NCBI GenBank assembly: GCA_022793675.1
Contig: JAAWDH010000020.1
Coordinates: 3,297 to 67,296 of the forward strand
DNA length: 64,000 bases
Reading direction: 5' to 3'
From: Oscillospiraceae bacterium
GTDB taxonomy: Bacteria > Bacillota > Clostridia > Oscillospirales > Ruminococcaceae
Translations under genes and position numbers: made by a program
Shown here: positions 49,929 to 58,538 of the stretch, piece by piece
Layout of the letters: every line of letters begins with the position of its first letter
How positions within the stretch are numbered: the first letter of the stretch is position 1
Notes under the pieces: model-generated
Seen by the model: the letters and a program-made list of their open reading frames with translations, nothing else
Database searches by the model: none
Told to the model about the DNA's origin: nothing

Positions 49929-50987
49929 TTACCGTTCAAAGGGGACCGGCGCGCCGACGCGGTCGGACTCAAAAGCGGCTTCCATCACTTTCATCACCCG
50001 CATCATCTGCGGATGGGTAATCAGCTGCGGCTCGACGCCGTCCACAGCCTTGCAGATATTGCGGTAGAAGTCGTGGACATCAGGCGACAGCTTGGGGATC
50101 GGGTGCTCGGTCAGGGTTTCAGCCTTGCGCGGGGCCATCGTCTTAGTCAGCCCTGCCGCTGTGATAATCGGGGTGACCTCGCCTTCCTCCTGGTCGTCGC
50201 AGGTGATCGCTTTGCCGCTTAAATCCCAGTCGTTGATGATTGCGGTGCCTTTTGTGCCCTGCATATACCAGCGCGGGAGGTTGATGAAGTTGGTGGTGCC
50301 GACTTCAATGCGGACAACCCGGCCGTTTTTATAGTAGAGGTCCATTTTGAAGCCGTCGTCGACTTCGTCGTTGGTGATATGGTCCATCCGGGCGTAGATG
50401 GAATCGATGGGGTCGGGGACCATCTGCAGCATCTGGTCAATCAGGTGCACGCCCCAGTCCAGCATCATGCCGCCGCCGTGCGCTTTTAAATGCCGCCAGT
50501 CGCCAGGGATACCGCGGGGGCCGTGGACGCGGGATTCGATGTTGAACACCTCGCCCAGCAGGCCGCTTTCGAAAATCTGTTTCATCGCCAGGAAATCAGC
50601 GTCCCAACGCCGGTTCTGATGGACGACAAACAAGCGGCTGTATTTTTCGGAGGCGTCAAACATCTCCTGCAAATCGCTGCTGCACAGGGTGACGGGCTTT
50701 TCGCTGATGACGTTTTTACCGGCGGCCATTGCCTTGATAGCCAGCTCCTTATGTACGTCGTTGGGGGTGGCGATGGTAACGATATCCACAGCCGGGTCGG
50801 CGAGCAGCTGCTCCAGCGAATCATAGGCGCGGATACCGCGTTCCCTCGCCAGCTCCTGGCGGCTTTCTTTAATATCGAAAATGCCGATCAAGTTGGCGCA
50901 GTCGCTCTCCAGCAGATGCTTGGCGTGCCAGCCGCCCATGCCGCCGTAACCGATAATTGCAACGTTTTTCTTGGACATGATAGTCAC
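49929..50987 (-). CDS. Gfo/Idh/MocA family oxidoreductase
   Basis: Rossmann N-terminus VAIIGYGGMGGWHAK. 352 aa. Confidence 0.9.
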   Translation of the reverse strand: MTIMSKKNVAIIGYGGMGGWHAKHLLESDCANLIGIFDIKESRQELARERGIRAYDSLEQLLADPAVDIVTIATPNDVHKELAIKAMAAGKNVISEKPVTLCSSDLQEMFDASEKYSRLFVVHQNRRWDADFLAMKQIFESGLLGEVFNIESRVHGPRGIPGDWRHLKAHGGGMMLDWGVHLIDQMLQMVPDPIDSIYARMDHITNDEVDDGFKMDLYYKNGRVVRIEVGTTNFINLPRWYMQGTKGTAIINDWDLSGKAITCDDQEEGEVTPIITAAGLTKTMAPRKAETLTEHPIPKLSPDVHDFYRNICKAVDGVEPQLITHPQMMRVMKVMEAAFESDRVGAPVPFER

Positions 50988-51054
50988 TCCTTTTATAGGT
51001 CCGGCAGGGTTTCCTGCTGGACGGGCCTGTTCCCTGGCGCAGGCCAGGGAAGGT

Positions 51055-51777
51055 TTATTCCAAAGTTTTCAGGTAGTCAAAGCAGCCGGCCGCTTCCTCA
51101 ATCCCAGAAGGGCAAAGGCCTTCGCTTTCAACAACCATCGGCAGCCCCATTGCCAGCGCGGCCTTTCGGACTTCCGCGACAGGCGCGGACCCCTTCCCCA
51201 GCCAGCGCGCGCCGTGGCCGCCCGCGCCGTCTTTCAGGTGGATCAGCCGCACCCGGTCTTTCAGCCGGCGCAGGGTCGCAATGGGATCCTGGCAAGCGGC
51301 GTAAGCCCAGTAGGTGTCGATCTCGAAAAGCAAAGCTGTGCGTTTGACCAGCTCGTTATGGATCAGCAGGCCGTCTTTGTTGGGGAAGAACTCGTGGCTG
51401 TGATTGTGGTAGAGCAGGGCAATGCCTTCCGCCGCCAGCCGAGGGATAAGGCCGTTAACTTGGTCAATAAAAATATCGAGCTTTTCCTTTGTAGAAAGGT
51501 CCCAGCCGGGGATAACCAGGTTTGCGCAGCCGATGGCTTTGTGATAGGCGACTGTGCCGTCGAAATCGTCCAAAAGCTCCTGGAAATTGGTGTGGGTGCC
51601 GATGGGGCAAAGGCTGTATTTGTCCAGCCAGCCCTTGACCTCTTCTGCTGGGTGGCCGAAAAATCCAGCAAATTCCACCATTTTATAGCCGATTTCAGCG
51701 GCGGCCCGCAGGCCTTTTTCCAGGTCTTTGCTGGTAACGTCCCGCAGGCTGTAAAGCTGCAATCCATATTCTGTCAC
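51055..51777 (-). CDS. sugar phosphate isomerase/epimerase (xylose isomerase-like TIM barrel)
   Basis: GTG 51777 lies behind AAAGGAG. YGLQLYSLRD...YKMVEFAG...HNHSHEF...HLKD are family motifs. Confidence 0.85.
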   Translation of the reverse strand: MTEYGLQLYSLRDVTSKDLEKGLRAAAEIGYKMVEFAGFFGHPAEEVKGWLDKYSLCPIGTHTNFQELLDDFDGTVAYHKAIGCANLVIPGWDLSTKEKLDIFIDQVNGLIPRLAAEGIALLYHNHSHEFFPNKDGLLIHNELVKRTALLFEIDTYWAYAACQDPIATLRRLKDRVRLIHLKDGAGGHGARWLGKGSAPVAEVRKAALAMGLPMVVESEGLCPSGIEEAAGCFDYLKTLE

Positions 51778-52016
51778 AATCAAACGCTCCTTTTCGATTG
51801 CCTGGTTCTGCCGCCAGGCAATGTAATCGTTTTCACTTTTAGTATACACAGTTGTCTGCCCTAGCGCAATAGGCAAAAGGGATAAACTTTCCGGCTGCAT
51901 CTTGTAGGAACCTACAATTCTGTCGTTCGGCCCGCTTTTCCATTTGCAGAATATCGAAGGAAGGCAGCCGATTTGCTCCTTAGCAGGTTGGGAAGCAGAA
52001 TCAACAAAAACAGTCT

Positions 52017-52067
52017 CCGCGATTTTTGAAAAAAACGCGTAAAACCTTTTTCCTTGGCAATCTTAGG
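52017..52067 (+). repeat. D-tail/B-variant fragment
   Basis: CCGCGATTTTTGAAAAAAACGCGTAAAACCTTTTTCCTTGGCAATCTTAGG is near-identical to the reverse complement of 5161-5215. Confidence 0.7.
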
Positions 52068-52075
52068 AAAAGGTA

Positions 52076-52103
52076 GAGCCGCCATAAAGGCGGCCCGTTT
52101 TTT
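52076..52103 (-). terminator. terminator downstream of trxB
   Basis: GAGCCGCC-ATAAA-GGCGGC(C)C hairpin flanked by A/T tracts (bidirectional look). Confidence 0.55.
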
Positions 52104-52104
52104 A

Positions 52105-53019
52105 TTAAGCTTCCCTTAGGAATTCCAGCGCCGCCAGCGCAGCAGCTGCGCCGTCCGCGGCCGCAGTAGCCAGCTGCCTGACCGTTTTGGTACGGCAGTC
52201 CCCTGCGGCAAATACGCCCGGCGTGCTGGTTTTGCAGTCCTCGCCAGCGATAATGTAACCGTTTTCGTCCAGCTTGGCAAAATCGGCAAAGGGCGTATTC
52301 TGCGGCATCTGGCCGATGGCCACGAAAAGCCCGTCGAGCGGCAGGCGATCTTCCCCGCCGGTTTTCAGGTTCTTGACTACTACCGCTGACAGGCGCTTTT
52401 CGCCTTCAAGCGCCGTAACGACCGCCGAACGGCGGATGGTAATCTTTGGATGCGCTTCAGCTTTTTCTAGGGTACGGCGTTCCCCGCGGAACTCGTCCCG
52501 CCGGTGGATCAGGTAAACGGCGCGGCAAAGCTCCGCCAGTACCAGCGCGTCGTCCAGCGCGGTATTGCCGCCCCCGACCACCGCTACCGTTTTGTCCCGG
52601 TAAAAGGCTCCGTCGCAGGTAGCGCAGTAGGAAATGCCCCGCCCGGTGAAACCCTCTTCGCCAGGCAGCCCCAGCGGGCGGTTCTTGGCCCCGCCGGCGA
52701 GGATGACGGCCTTGCAGCATAAAGGTTCGCCGTCTGTCAGCACCTCAAAACCGTCCGCTGTCCGGCGCAGGCCCCGGGCCTCCTGGAAATCGAATTCAGC
52801 GCCCGCGGCGGACGCCTGTTCGAATAGGCTTGCTGAAAAGTCAGCGCCGGAGACGGCGGGGATGCCGGGGTAATTTTCCACCTGGGCGGCGCTGACGATC
52901 TGCCCGCCGCAGACCAGCCCTTCGAGCACTACTGCCTGCCGTCCGGCCCTAGCGGCGTATAGCGCAGCGGTCATGCCAGCGGTGCCGCCGCCGATAACCG
53001 CGATATCACAGCTTCTCAT
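52105..53019 (-). CDS. trxB: thioredoxin-disulfide reductase (NADPH type)
   Basis: VIGGGTAGMTAALYAARAG (FAD), redox CATCDG, GGGNTA and HRRDEFRG (NADPH). ATG 53019. Confidence 0.9.
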   Translation of the reverse strand: MRSCDIAVIGGGTAGMTAALYAARAGRQAVVLEGLVCGGQIVSAAQVENYPGIPAVSGADFSASLFEQASAAGAEFDFQEARGLRRTADGFEVLTDGEPLCCKAVILAGGAKNRPLGLPGEEGFTGRGISYCATCDGAFYRDKTVAVVGGGNTALDDALVLAELCRAVYLIHRRDEFRGERRTLEKAEAHPKITIRRSAVVTALEGEKRLSAVVVKNLKTGGEDRLPLDGLFVAIGQMPQNTPFADFAKLDENGYIIAGEDCKTSTPGVFAAGDCRTKTVRQLATAAADGAAAALAALEFLREA

Positions 53020-53023
53020 CCTG

Positions 53024-53341
53024 TCACCCGACCAGCATACTGATGATAGCCGCTTTGGGGCGCAGGCCGACCGCTTGGTTGACAAGCTCGCCGTCTTTGA
53101 ATACCAGCAGCGTGGGGAAAGCCTCAATGTTGTAGGTTTCCACCAGTTCTGGTTCTTCGTCGACGTTGACCTTGCAGACCCGGATGCCGTCTACTTCTTC
53201 GGCGATCTGGTCGACGATAGGCGAAAGCATTTTGCAGGGGCCGCACCAGGCCGCCCAGAAATCCACCAGCACCGGCTGGCCCTTGGGGGCGTTAAGGACA
53301 TCGTTGTGGAAAGAAAGGGTTGTTGTTGTGATTACCGCCAT
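53024..53341 (-). CDS. trxA: thioredoxin
   Basis: WAAWCGPCK active site. ATG 53341 lies behind AAGGAGG. Confidence 0.9.
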   Translation of the reverse strand: MAVITTTTLSFHNDVLNAPKGQPVLVDFWAAWCGPCKMLSPIVDQIAEEVDGIRVCKVNVDEEPELVETYNIEAFPTLLVFKDGELVNQAVGLRPKAAIISMLVG

Positions 53342-53415
53342 AATTTTTACCTCCTTGAATTGCACGGGAACAAAATGCCCGCAAAAAATCGAAAAAGAGT
53401 TGAGTTTACTCTTCT

Positions 53416-53444
53416 ATTATAGTATAATAAAATCAATTTGTCAA
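53416..53444 (-). promoter_or_regulatory. consensus sigmaA promoter of trxA-trxB
   Basis: Minus strand: TTGACA-17-TATAAT. The -35 abuts the repeat element that starts at 53447. Confidence 0.7.
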
Positions 53445-53446
53445 AG

Positions 53447-53770
53447 CCGGCTGTGCCGGCAGACAGTTCGCGGCCGGCTGTGCCGGCAGACTGTTCGCGT
53501 TTGCCGCCTGGCTCTGCTCGGCGGCTTGTAAGCGAAAAACATGGCGTGAGATGTCGCGGTTGGTCAGCGGTACCGACGCAGTAGGTGGATTAAGCTGTGC
53601 TGATGTGTACCCGGGCGATTAAAAGTTTTGCGAGCTTAGCTCTGCTAAGCTTGGCTTTCTTCAAAAGCGACCGTACTTCTCGTACTCCTCGTACCCCTCG
53701 TACTCCTCGTACCCCTCGTACTCCTCGTACCCCTCGTACCCCTCGTACTCCTCGTACCCCCGTATTCTCC
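53447..53770 (-). repeat. copy C-sub x2 - E' - H' - B' - A' x11
   Basis: Inverted twin of the 38.4-kb copy. Ends in an 11-unit 9-bp tract (53672-53770, CGTACYCCT). Confidence 0.9.
53672..53770. repeat. 9-bp microsatellite, 11 units (CGTACYCCT)
   Basis: Read directly: cgtacttct cgtactcct cgtacccct cgtactcct cgtacccct cgtactcct cgtacccct cgtacccct cgtactcct cgtaccccc gtattctcc. Confidence 0.95.
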
Positions 53771-53814
53771 CCGTTTCTGGGAAAGATATGCAAGCGGCAA
53801 TGAAAGGAGCTGTT

Positions 53815-54996
53815 ATGGAAAAGTCCACCTTTCGCGACTGGATGCTTTATCTGGCCGTCCTTGTTTTCAGCGCCGCCTTTTTGGCGGGCGGCTGGCGCTA
53901 CGCCACTGCCGGCCGGCAGCTGCTGGGGCAGAATATCAACGGGACGGTGTCCCCGTCGGTCAAGGCGAAGCTTGTTGAAACAATCGCCAGCAACGAAATC
54001 TACAGCCAATATACCGGCGCTGTCACCGAGACCCGTACCGTCAGCTACGCCGTTTTTACCGAAGGGGCCGACAAAGGCAAACAGGTGCTGGTCACCCAAG
54101 TCATGGACAGCACAGCGATGCTGCTGGAAACGCCGTTTTCGCCTGGCGACCGGGTGTTCGTTTACCAAGGCGAGAACGAGTACGGCGAGGCCCAATGGTT
54201 CGTAGCCGGGCCGGTGCGGACGCCCTGGCTTTTGGGGCTGACAGCAGCCTTTGTGCTGCTGGTGGTGCTGTTTGGGCGGGGGAAAGGGGTCCGGACGATC
54301 CTTTCGCTGGCCTTGACCTGCATGGCGGTGTTTTTTGTGCTGGTACCGGCGATTGTCAGCGGCCGCAACATTTATCTGTGGTCGATTATAACCTGCATTT
54401 ATACCATTATTGTAACCTTGTCGCTGGTAAGCGGCTGCACTTTCAAGAGCTTGGCGGCGGCGCTGGGGTGCCTAGGCGGCGTTGGGGTGGCGGGGGCGAT
54501 CACGTTAATCAGCGAGCGCGCTTTGCGCATGACGGGCTTGGTGGACGAGGACTCGATGCTGCTTCTGTTTATCAATGAAGAGCGCCCCATCGACTTGAAA
54601 GCGCTGATTTTTGCCGCCATTATCATTGGCGCGCTGGGGGCGACGATGGATGTTGCGATGTCCATCAGCTCCGCCCTTACCGAGCTGATGCGCAACCTGC
54701 CGGGGATGCCTTTCTGGTCTGTTGTCCGTTCGGGGCTTTCCATCGGCCAGGATATTATGGGCACAATGTCCAACACTTTAGTGTTGGCTTATGTAGGAAG
54801 CGGACTTCATGTAACGCTGCTGTTTTTGACCTATTACGAGCGGCTGGAAGACATCTTAAACGTAGAAATGATCGCAGCAGAGCTGCTTCAGGCGCTGGCG
54901 GGGAGCATCGGCATCCTTTTCGCCATCCCAGCTACGACGTTGGCCGCCGCCTTTTTCCGGCGGCCCTTCAGCAGACAAGAAAAGGAGGCCTCTTGA
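53815..54996 (+). CDS. YibE/F family membrane protein
   Basis: ATG 53815 lies behind AAAGGAG. One N-terminal TM helix, an extracellular segment and ~7 further TM helices. The YibE/F-like pattern is recognised from memory. Confidence 0.7.
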   Translation: MEKSTFRDWMLYLAVLVFSAAFLAGGWRYATAGRQLLGQNINGTVSPSVKAKLVETIASNEIYSQYTGAVTETRTVSYAVFTEGADKGKQVLVTQVMDSTAMLLETPFSPGDRVFVYQGENEYGEAQWFVAGPVRTPWLLGLTAAFVLLVVLFGRGKGVRTILSLALTCMAVFFVLVPAIVSGRNIYLWSIITCIYTIIVTLSLVSGCTFKSLAAALGCLGGVGVAGAITLISERALRMTGLVDEDSMLLLFINEERPIDLKALIFAAIIIGALGATMDVAMSISSALTELMRNLPGMPFWSVVRSGLSIGQDIMGTMSNTLVLAYVGSGLHVTLLFLTYYERLEDILNVEMIAAELLQALAGSIGILFAIPATTLAAAFFRRPFSRQEKEAS

Positions 54997-56090
54997 TGAA
55001 CAAAATCGGTCTTTACATCCATGTGCCCTTCTGCGCCTCAAAGTGCGGCTACTGCGATTTTTACTCCCGGGTGCGCCCCGACCTGATTGCGCCTTATATT
55101 GCTGCGCTGAAAGAGGAGCTTCGGCGCTGGGAGGGGCGTGGTCTGCAGGCGGACACCCTCTTTTTCGGGGGCGGGACGCCTTCGCTGCTGCCGCCAAGGG
55201 AAGTCGGCGCGCTGATAAGCCTTTGCCGGCGCATTTTCTCCCTTGGGGCGGAGGCGGAGGTTACGCTGGAAGCCAATCCCGATACCGTCAGCCTTGAAAG
55301 CCTTGCAGGATACCGCCGGGCCGGCGTCAACCGCCTTTCGATGGGGATGCAGTCGGCGGTGGCCAAGGAGCTGCGCCTGCTGGCCCGTTCCCACAGCCCC
55401 GAGGCGGTAAAGCTGGCGGTCGGCGCGGCTAGGGAGGCGGGCTTCGATAATCTAAGCCTGGATTTGATGCTGGGGCTGCCCCGCCAGACGATGGACAGCC
55501 TAAAATATTCCCTAGAAGCCGCCACAGCCCTAAACCCCGAACACCTCTCCTGCTATATCCTGAAGATAGAAAAAAACACCGCCTTTAACCGCCGGCTGAT
55601 GCAGCGTTACTGCCCCAGCGACGACCTGACCGCTGATTTTTACCTGGCTGTTTCCCATTTTTTGCAGGAACACGGCTACGCCCACTATGAAATCTCCAAT
55701 TTTGCTCAGCCCGGCCGCGAAAGCCTCCACAACCTGAAATACTGGCGCAGCGAAGATTACCTGGGGTTTGGCCCGGCTGCCCACAGCTGTTTTGCGGGCC
55801 AGCGCTTTTTCCATCCGGCCGACGTTGTGCAATATATCAACACCAAAGGCCAGGATCGGATTGCCGACGGGCCAGCCGGGTCGGCGGAGGAACGGCTGAT
55901 GCTCGCCCTGCGGCTGGCGGAAGGGGTCTGCCCCCAAAACCTGCCCGACAGTTTTGACTGGGCGGATTTTATCAGCCGCTGTGCCCCCTATGAAAAAGGC
56001 GGCCTGATGGCCCGGACCGACGCCGGCGGCATCCGCCTCACCGAGCGGGGCTTCCTGCTCTCCAACAGCATCCTCGCCAACCTTTTATAG
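54996..56090 (+). CDS. hemW: radical SAM heme chaperone HemW (HemN-like, oxygen-independent coproporphyrinogen oxidase family)
   Basis: LYIHVPFCASKCGYCDF (CxxxCxxC), GGGTPS and RLSMGMQS. ATG 54996 lies behind AAAGGAGG and overlaps the upstream stop. Confidence 0.9.
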   Translation: MNKIGLYIHVPFCASKCGYCDFYSRVRPDLIAPYIAALKEELRRWEGRGLQADTLFFGGGTPSLLPPREVGALISLCRRIFSLGAEAEVTLEANPDTVSLESLAGYRRAGVNRLSMGMQSAVAKELRLLARSHSPEAVKLAVGAAREAGFDNLSLDLMLGLPRQTMDSLKYSLEAATALNPEHLSCYILKIEKNTAFNRRLMQRYCPSDDLTADFYLAVSHFLQEHGYAHYEISNFAQPGRESLHNLKYWRSEDYLGFGPAAHSCFAGQRFFHPADVVQYINTKGQDRIADGPAGSAEERLMLALRLAEGVCPQNLPDSFDWADFISRCAPYEKGGLMARTDAGGIRLTERGFLLSNSILANLL

Positions 56091-56357
56091 GGGTACGGGA
56101 GATACGAGAGTACGACGCTTTTTTGAAAAGAAAGCCTAGCTTAGCAAAGCTAAGCTGCAAAAAACTTTAATCGCTAGGATACACGCCTGCACAGCCATAG
56201 CCGCCTACTGCGTCGATAGCTGCTGGAACCACCTGCCCGTAACCGCGGGAGAACCGGCTATGTTTATCCGAAGCAGAAATCCGGCTTGCTGGATTTCCGG
56301 CGCGAATTAAAAGTTTTGCGGAGCTTTTTCAAAAGCGACCGTATTCCCCCGTATCCC
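56091..56357. repeat. full composite copy (A x3 - B(ins) - x - H - C' - B' - A' x2), starts 1 nt after the hemW stop
   Basis: Left end GGGTACGGGAGATACGAGAGTACGACGC, right end GCGACCGTATTCCCCCGTATCCC (inverted). The internal modules match 38366 and 49643. Confidence 0.9.
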
Positions 56358-56505
56358 GAGATGGAAATTACAAAACGGTTACAAATTTTGGGGCAGAGTG
56401 GATTCCTGCTGGGAAATTGTTGTGAATATACCAAAAAATATCCCGGAAATTTTAGGCTATTCCTACGAAGTTTTCTTTTTGAGGCAGAAATGGGTAACAA
56501 AACAG

Positions 56506-56533
56506 TTGCAAAATCCTGAGGTTGTGTTATAAT
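56506..56533 (+). promoter_or_regulatory. sigmaA promoter with extended -10 upstream of the M23 peptidase gene
   Basis: TTGCAA-16-TATAAT, with TGT immediately upstream of the -10. Confidence 0.6.
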
Positions 56534-56540
56534 AGGCATT

Positions 56541-56556
56541 GGTTACAGCTGTAACC
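56541..56556. promoter_or_regulatory. perfect 16-bp palindrome GGTTACAGCTGTAACC at about +1 of the M23 promoter (operator candidate)
   Basis: Read directly. 8 nt downstream of the -10. Confidence 0.45.
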
Positions 56557-56587
56557 GCTTTGTAATCAGCGAAAGGAGACGGTTCAG

Positions 56588-58474
56588 ATGGTGATTCATA
56601 ACGGCGAGCCCGCCGCTCCCCTGACCAAAACTGCCTCTGTCCTGACAAAAGGATGTGCTGCCGCGAAAGAAGCGATGCGGCAGTGGAAATTATATATGGA
56701 GGCCCATATATGGCCCGCCTGCCGGAAAGCCGGCGGCGCGGCGTGCAGCTTATGCGGGAAGGTCGGGGCTGCTTCGGCCCGAATGCTCGGCATTGCTGCC
56801 AAAGGCGCTGGGCAGGGGCTTGTGGCTGCCGGACGGGCTGCCGGAAAATTCTGCGGTTTCGTGGGGGCGGCTGCCGCCCGCGATTTGGCGCTGGTTCACG
56901 GCGCTGTGGCCGGAAGGCTCTCGGCCTTTGGCGGCCGGGTGCTGGATAGGGCGGTCCGGGTGACCGATCGCTGCGGCGAAAAGATTTACGGCTTCTTCTA
57001 CGGCCTTGCGCGGCCGGTGCGCAGCGTTTGCCACGCCCCCCGGCTTTTAGCCGACGGCTATCGGAAAGGCGGCGTCCGCGAGGCTTTCTTTACGGTAGTC
57101 GAGGGCGTCTACAATAACCTGTACATCCTGCGCACAGCGGTCAATTACACGTTGCCGGTAGTCGGGATCTTTTTCCTGGTCAATGTCATCCAGAGCGGCA
57201 CCCAGCTTAATTACGCGCTGGCGTTGGAGCAGGACGGCCAGGTCATCGCTTATGTGGCGGATGAATCGGTCTATACCACCGCCCAGCGCGACCTGAAGAG
57301 CCGTATCATTACCACCGACGGCGAAGCCGAGCTGAACCTGCGGCCGACCTTTATGATGGCGGCTGTCAACCCCGAAGATGTTACAACGGCGGCTGAGCTG
57401 ACCGATGAGCTGATCCAGCTGAGCACCGACGATATCCAGCAGGCCCAGGGGCTTTACATCGACGGCGAGTTTTACGGCGCGGTCACTTCTGCCGGCCTGA
57501 TTGAGGATGTCCTTGATGATACGCTGGATCAGTATGCCTCCGGCGCCGAGGGCGAGGTTTTGGAATTTACCCGCGATATCCAGCTGCGGGACGGTCTTTA
57601 TCCCACCGATAGCTTGGCTGATGCCGGGGAACTGACCGCACTGCTGACTTCTGAGGTGCAGTCGCGGAAGACCTATACGATTGAACAGGGCGACAGCCCC
57701 ATCGTTATCGCCAATAAAAACGGCCTTACCTACAGCGAGTTTAAAGCTTTGAACCCCGGTATCGAAGAGGAATGCATGGTCGGGCAGGAAACGGTTATCG
57801 CCCAGTCGGAACCTTTCCTCGGCGTGCGCAGCACCAAGACGATTACCTATAACGAGGAAATCCCCTTTGAAACCGAGGTTACTAAAGACAGCAATAAGGC
57901 AAAGGGCTACCGCGAAGTGACCCAGGAAGGGCAGAAAGGGCAGAAATCCATCACGGCCCGTGTGGTCACCGTCAACGGCCATGAAGAGAGCCGGGAGGTC
58001 CTTTCTGAAATTGTTACAGCTGAAGCTGTGCCCCAGAAGGTCGTCGAAGGCACCAAGTCTGAAACGACTTACCGCGCTGCCTATTCTGCGCCTACCTATG
58101 GTTCCGGCCAGTACAGCGGCACCTTTATCTGGCCCACTTCCGGCGGTTACATCAGCTGCTATTACGGCAGCGGCGGCCATAAGGGCCTGGATATCGCCAA
58201 TTCCTACGGCAAGCCGGTCTATGCCTCTATGGCGGGCAAAGTCGTTGTTGCGGGCTGGTATTACAGCTACGGCAAATGCGTGGTCATCGACCACGGCAAC
58301 GGCGTACGGACCCTTTATGGGCACAATTCCAGCCTCAATGTGGCAGTCGGCCAGACAGTCGGCCAGGGCGAAGTGATTGCCCAGGTGGGCAGCACCGGTT
58401 ATTCTACCGGCAACCATGTCCATTTTGAGGTTCAGATCAACGGCCGCACCCAGAACCCGCTTAACTATCTGTAA
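56588..58474 (+). CDS. M23 family metallopeptidase with LysM and G5 domains
   Basis: LysM (YTIEQGDSPIVIANKNGLTYSEFKALNP), G5 (ITYNEEIPFETEVTKDSN...VTQEGQKGQKSI...VVEGTK) and M23 motifs HKGLD and GNHVHFEV. Confidence 0.85.
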   Translation: MVIHNGEPAAPLTKTASVLTKGCAAAKEAMRQWKLYMEAHIWPACRKAGGAACSLCGKVGAASARMLGIAAKGAGQGLVAAGRAAGKFCGFVGAAAARDLALVHGAVAGRLSAFGGRVLDRAVRVTDRCGEKIYGFFYGLARPVRSVCHAPRLLADGYRKGGVREAFFTVVEGVYNNLYILRTAVNYTLPVVGIFFLVNVIQSGTQLNYALALEQDGQVIAYVADESVYTTAQRDLKSRIITTDGEAELNLRPTFMMAAVNPEDVTTAAELTDELIQLSTDDIQQAQGLYIDGEFYGAVTSAGLIEDVLDDTLDQYASGAEGEVLEFTRDIQLRDGLYPTDSLADAGELTALLTSEVQSRKTYTIEQGDSPIVIANKNGLTYSEFKALNPGIEEECMVGQETVIAQSEPFLGVRSTKTITYNEEIPFETEVTKDSNKAKGYREVTQEGQKGQKSITARVVTVNGHEESREVLSEIVTAEAVPQKVVEGTKSETTYRAAYSAPTYGSGQYSGTFIWPTSGGYISCYYGSGGHKGLDIANSYGKPVYASMAGKVVVAGWYYSYGKCVVIDHGNGVRTLYGHNSSLNVAVGQTVGQGEVIAQVGSTGYSTGNHVHFEVQINGRTQNPLNYL

Positions 58475-58481
58475 ACCAGGG

Positions 58482-58519
58482 CGCCGCGTATCGGACTCAG
58501 CCGAGACGCGGCGTTTTTA
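58482..58519 (+). terminator. terminator of the M23 peptidase gene
   Basis: CGCCGCGT...ACGCGGCG stem, then TTTTT. Confidence 0.75.
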
Positions 58520-58538
58520 TCGGAAGGTTGGTGTTTTG

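Noticed and set aside
53590-54195. 201-aa minus-strand ORF with (GVR)n, and 53597-53803(+) with (RTP)n
   Set aside because: Both are created by the 9-bp microsatellite and repeat DNA. The minus-strand ORF also runs antisense to the well-supported YibE/F gene.
57047-58423. 458-aa antisense ORF inside the M23 peptidase gene. Similar long shadow ORFs occur at 38768-40039(-), 50490-51347(+), 50971-51864(+), 31521-32447(+), 16673-17299(+), 3749-4336(-) and 4457-5176(-)
   Set aside because: These are typical high-GC shadow frames opposite genes with clear family motifs. They are Arg/Ala/Gly/Pro-rich and have no motifs or RBS.
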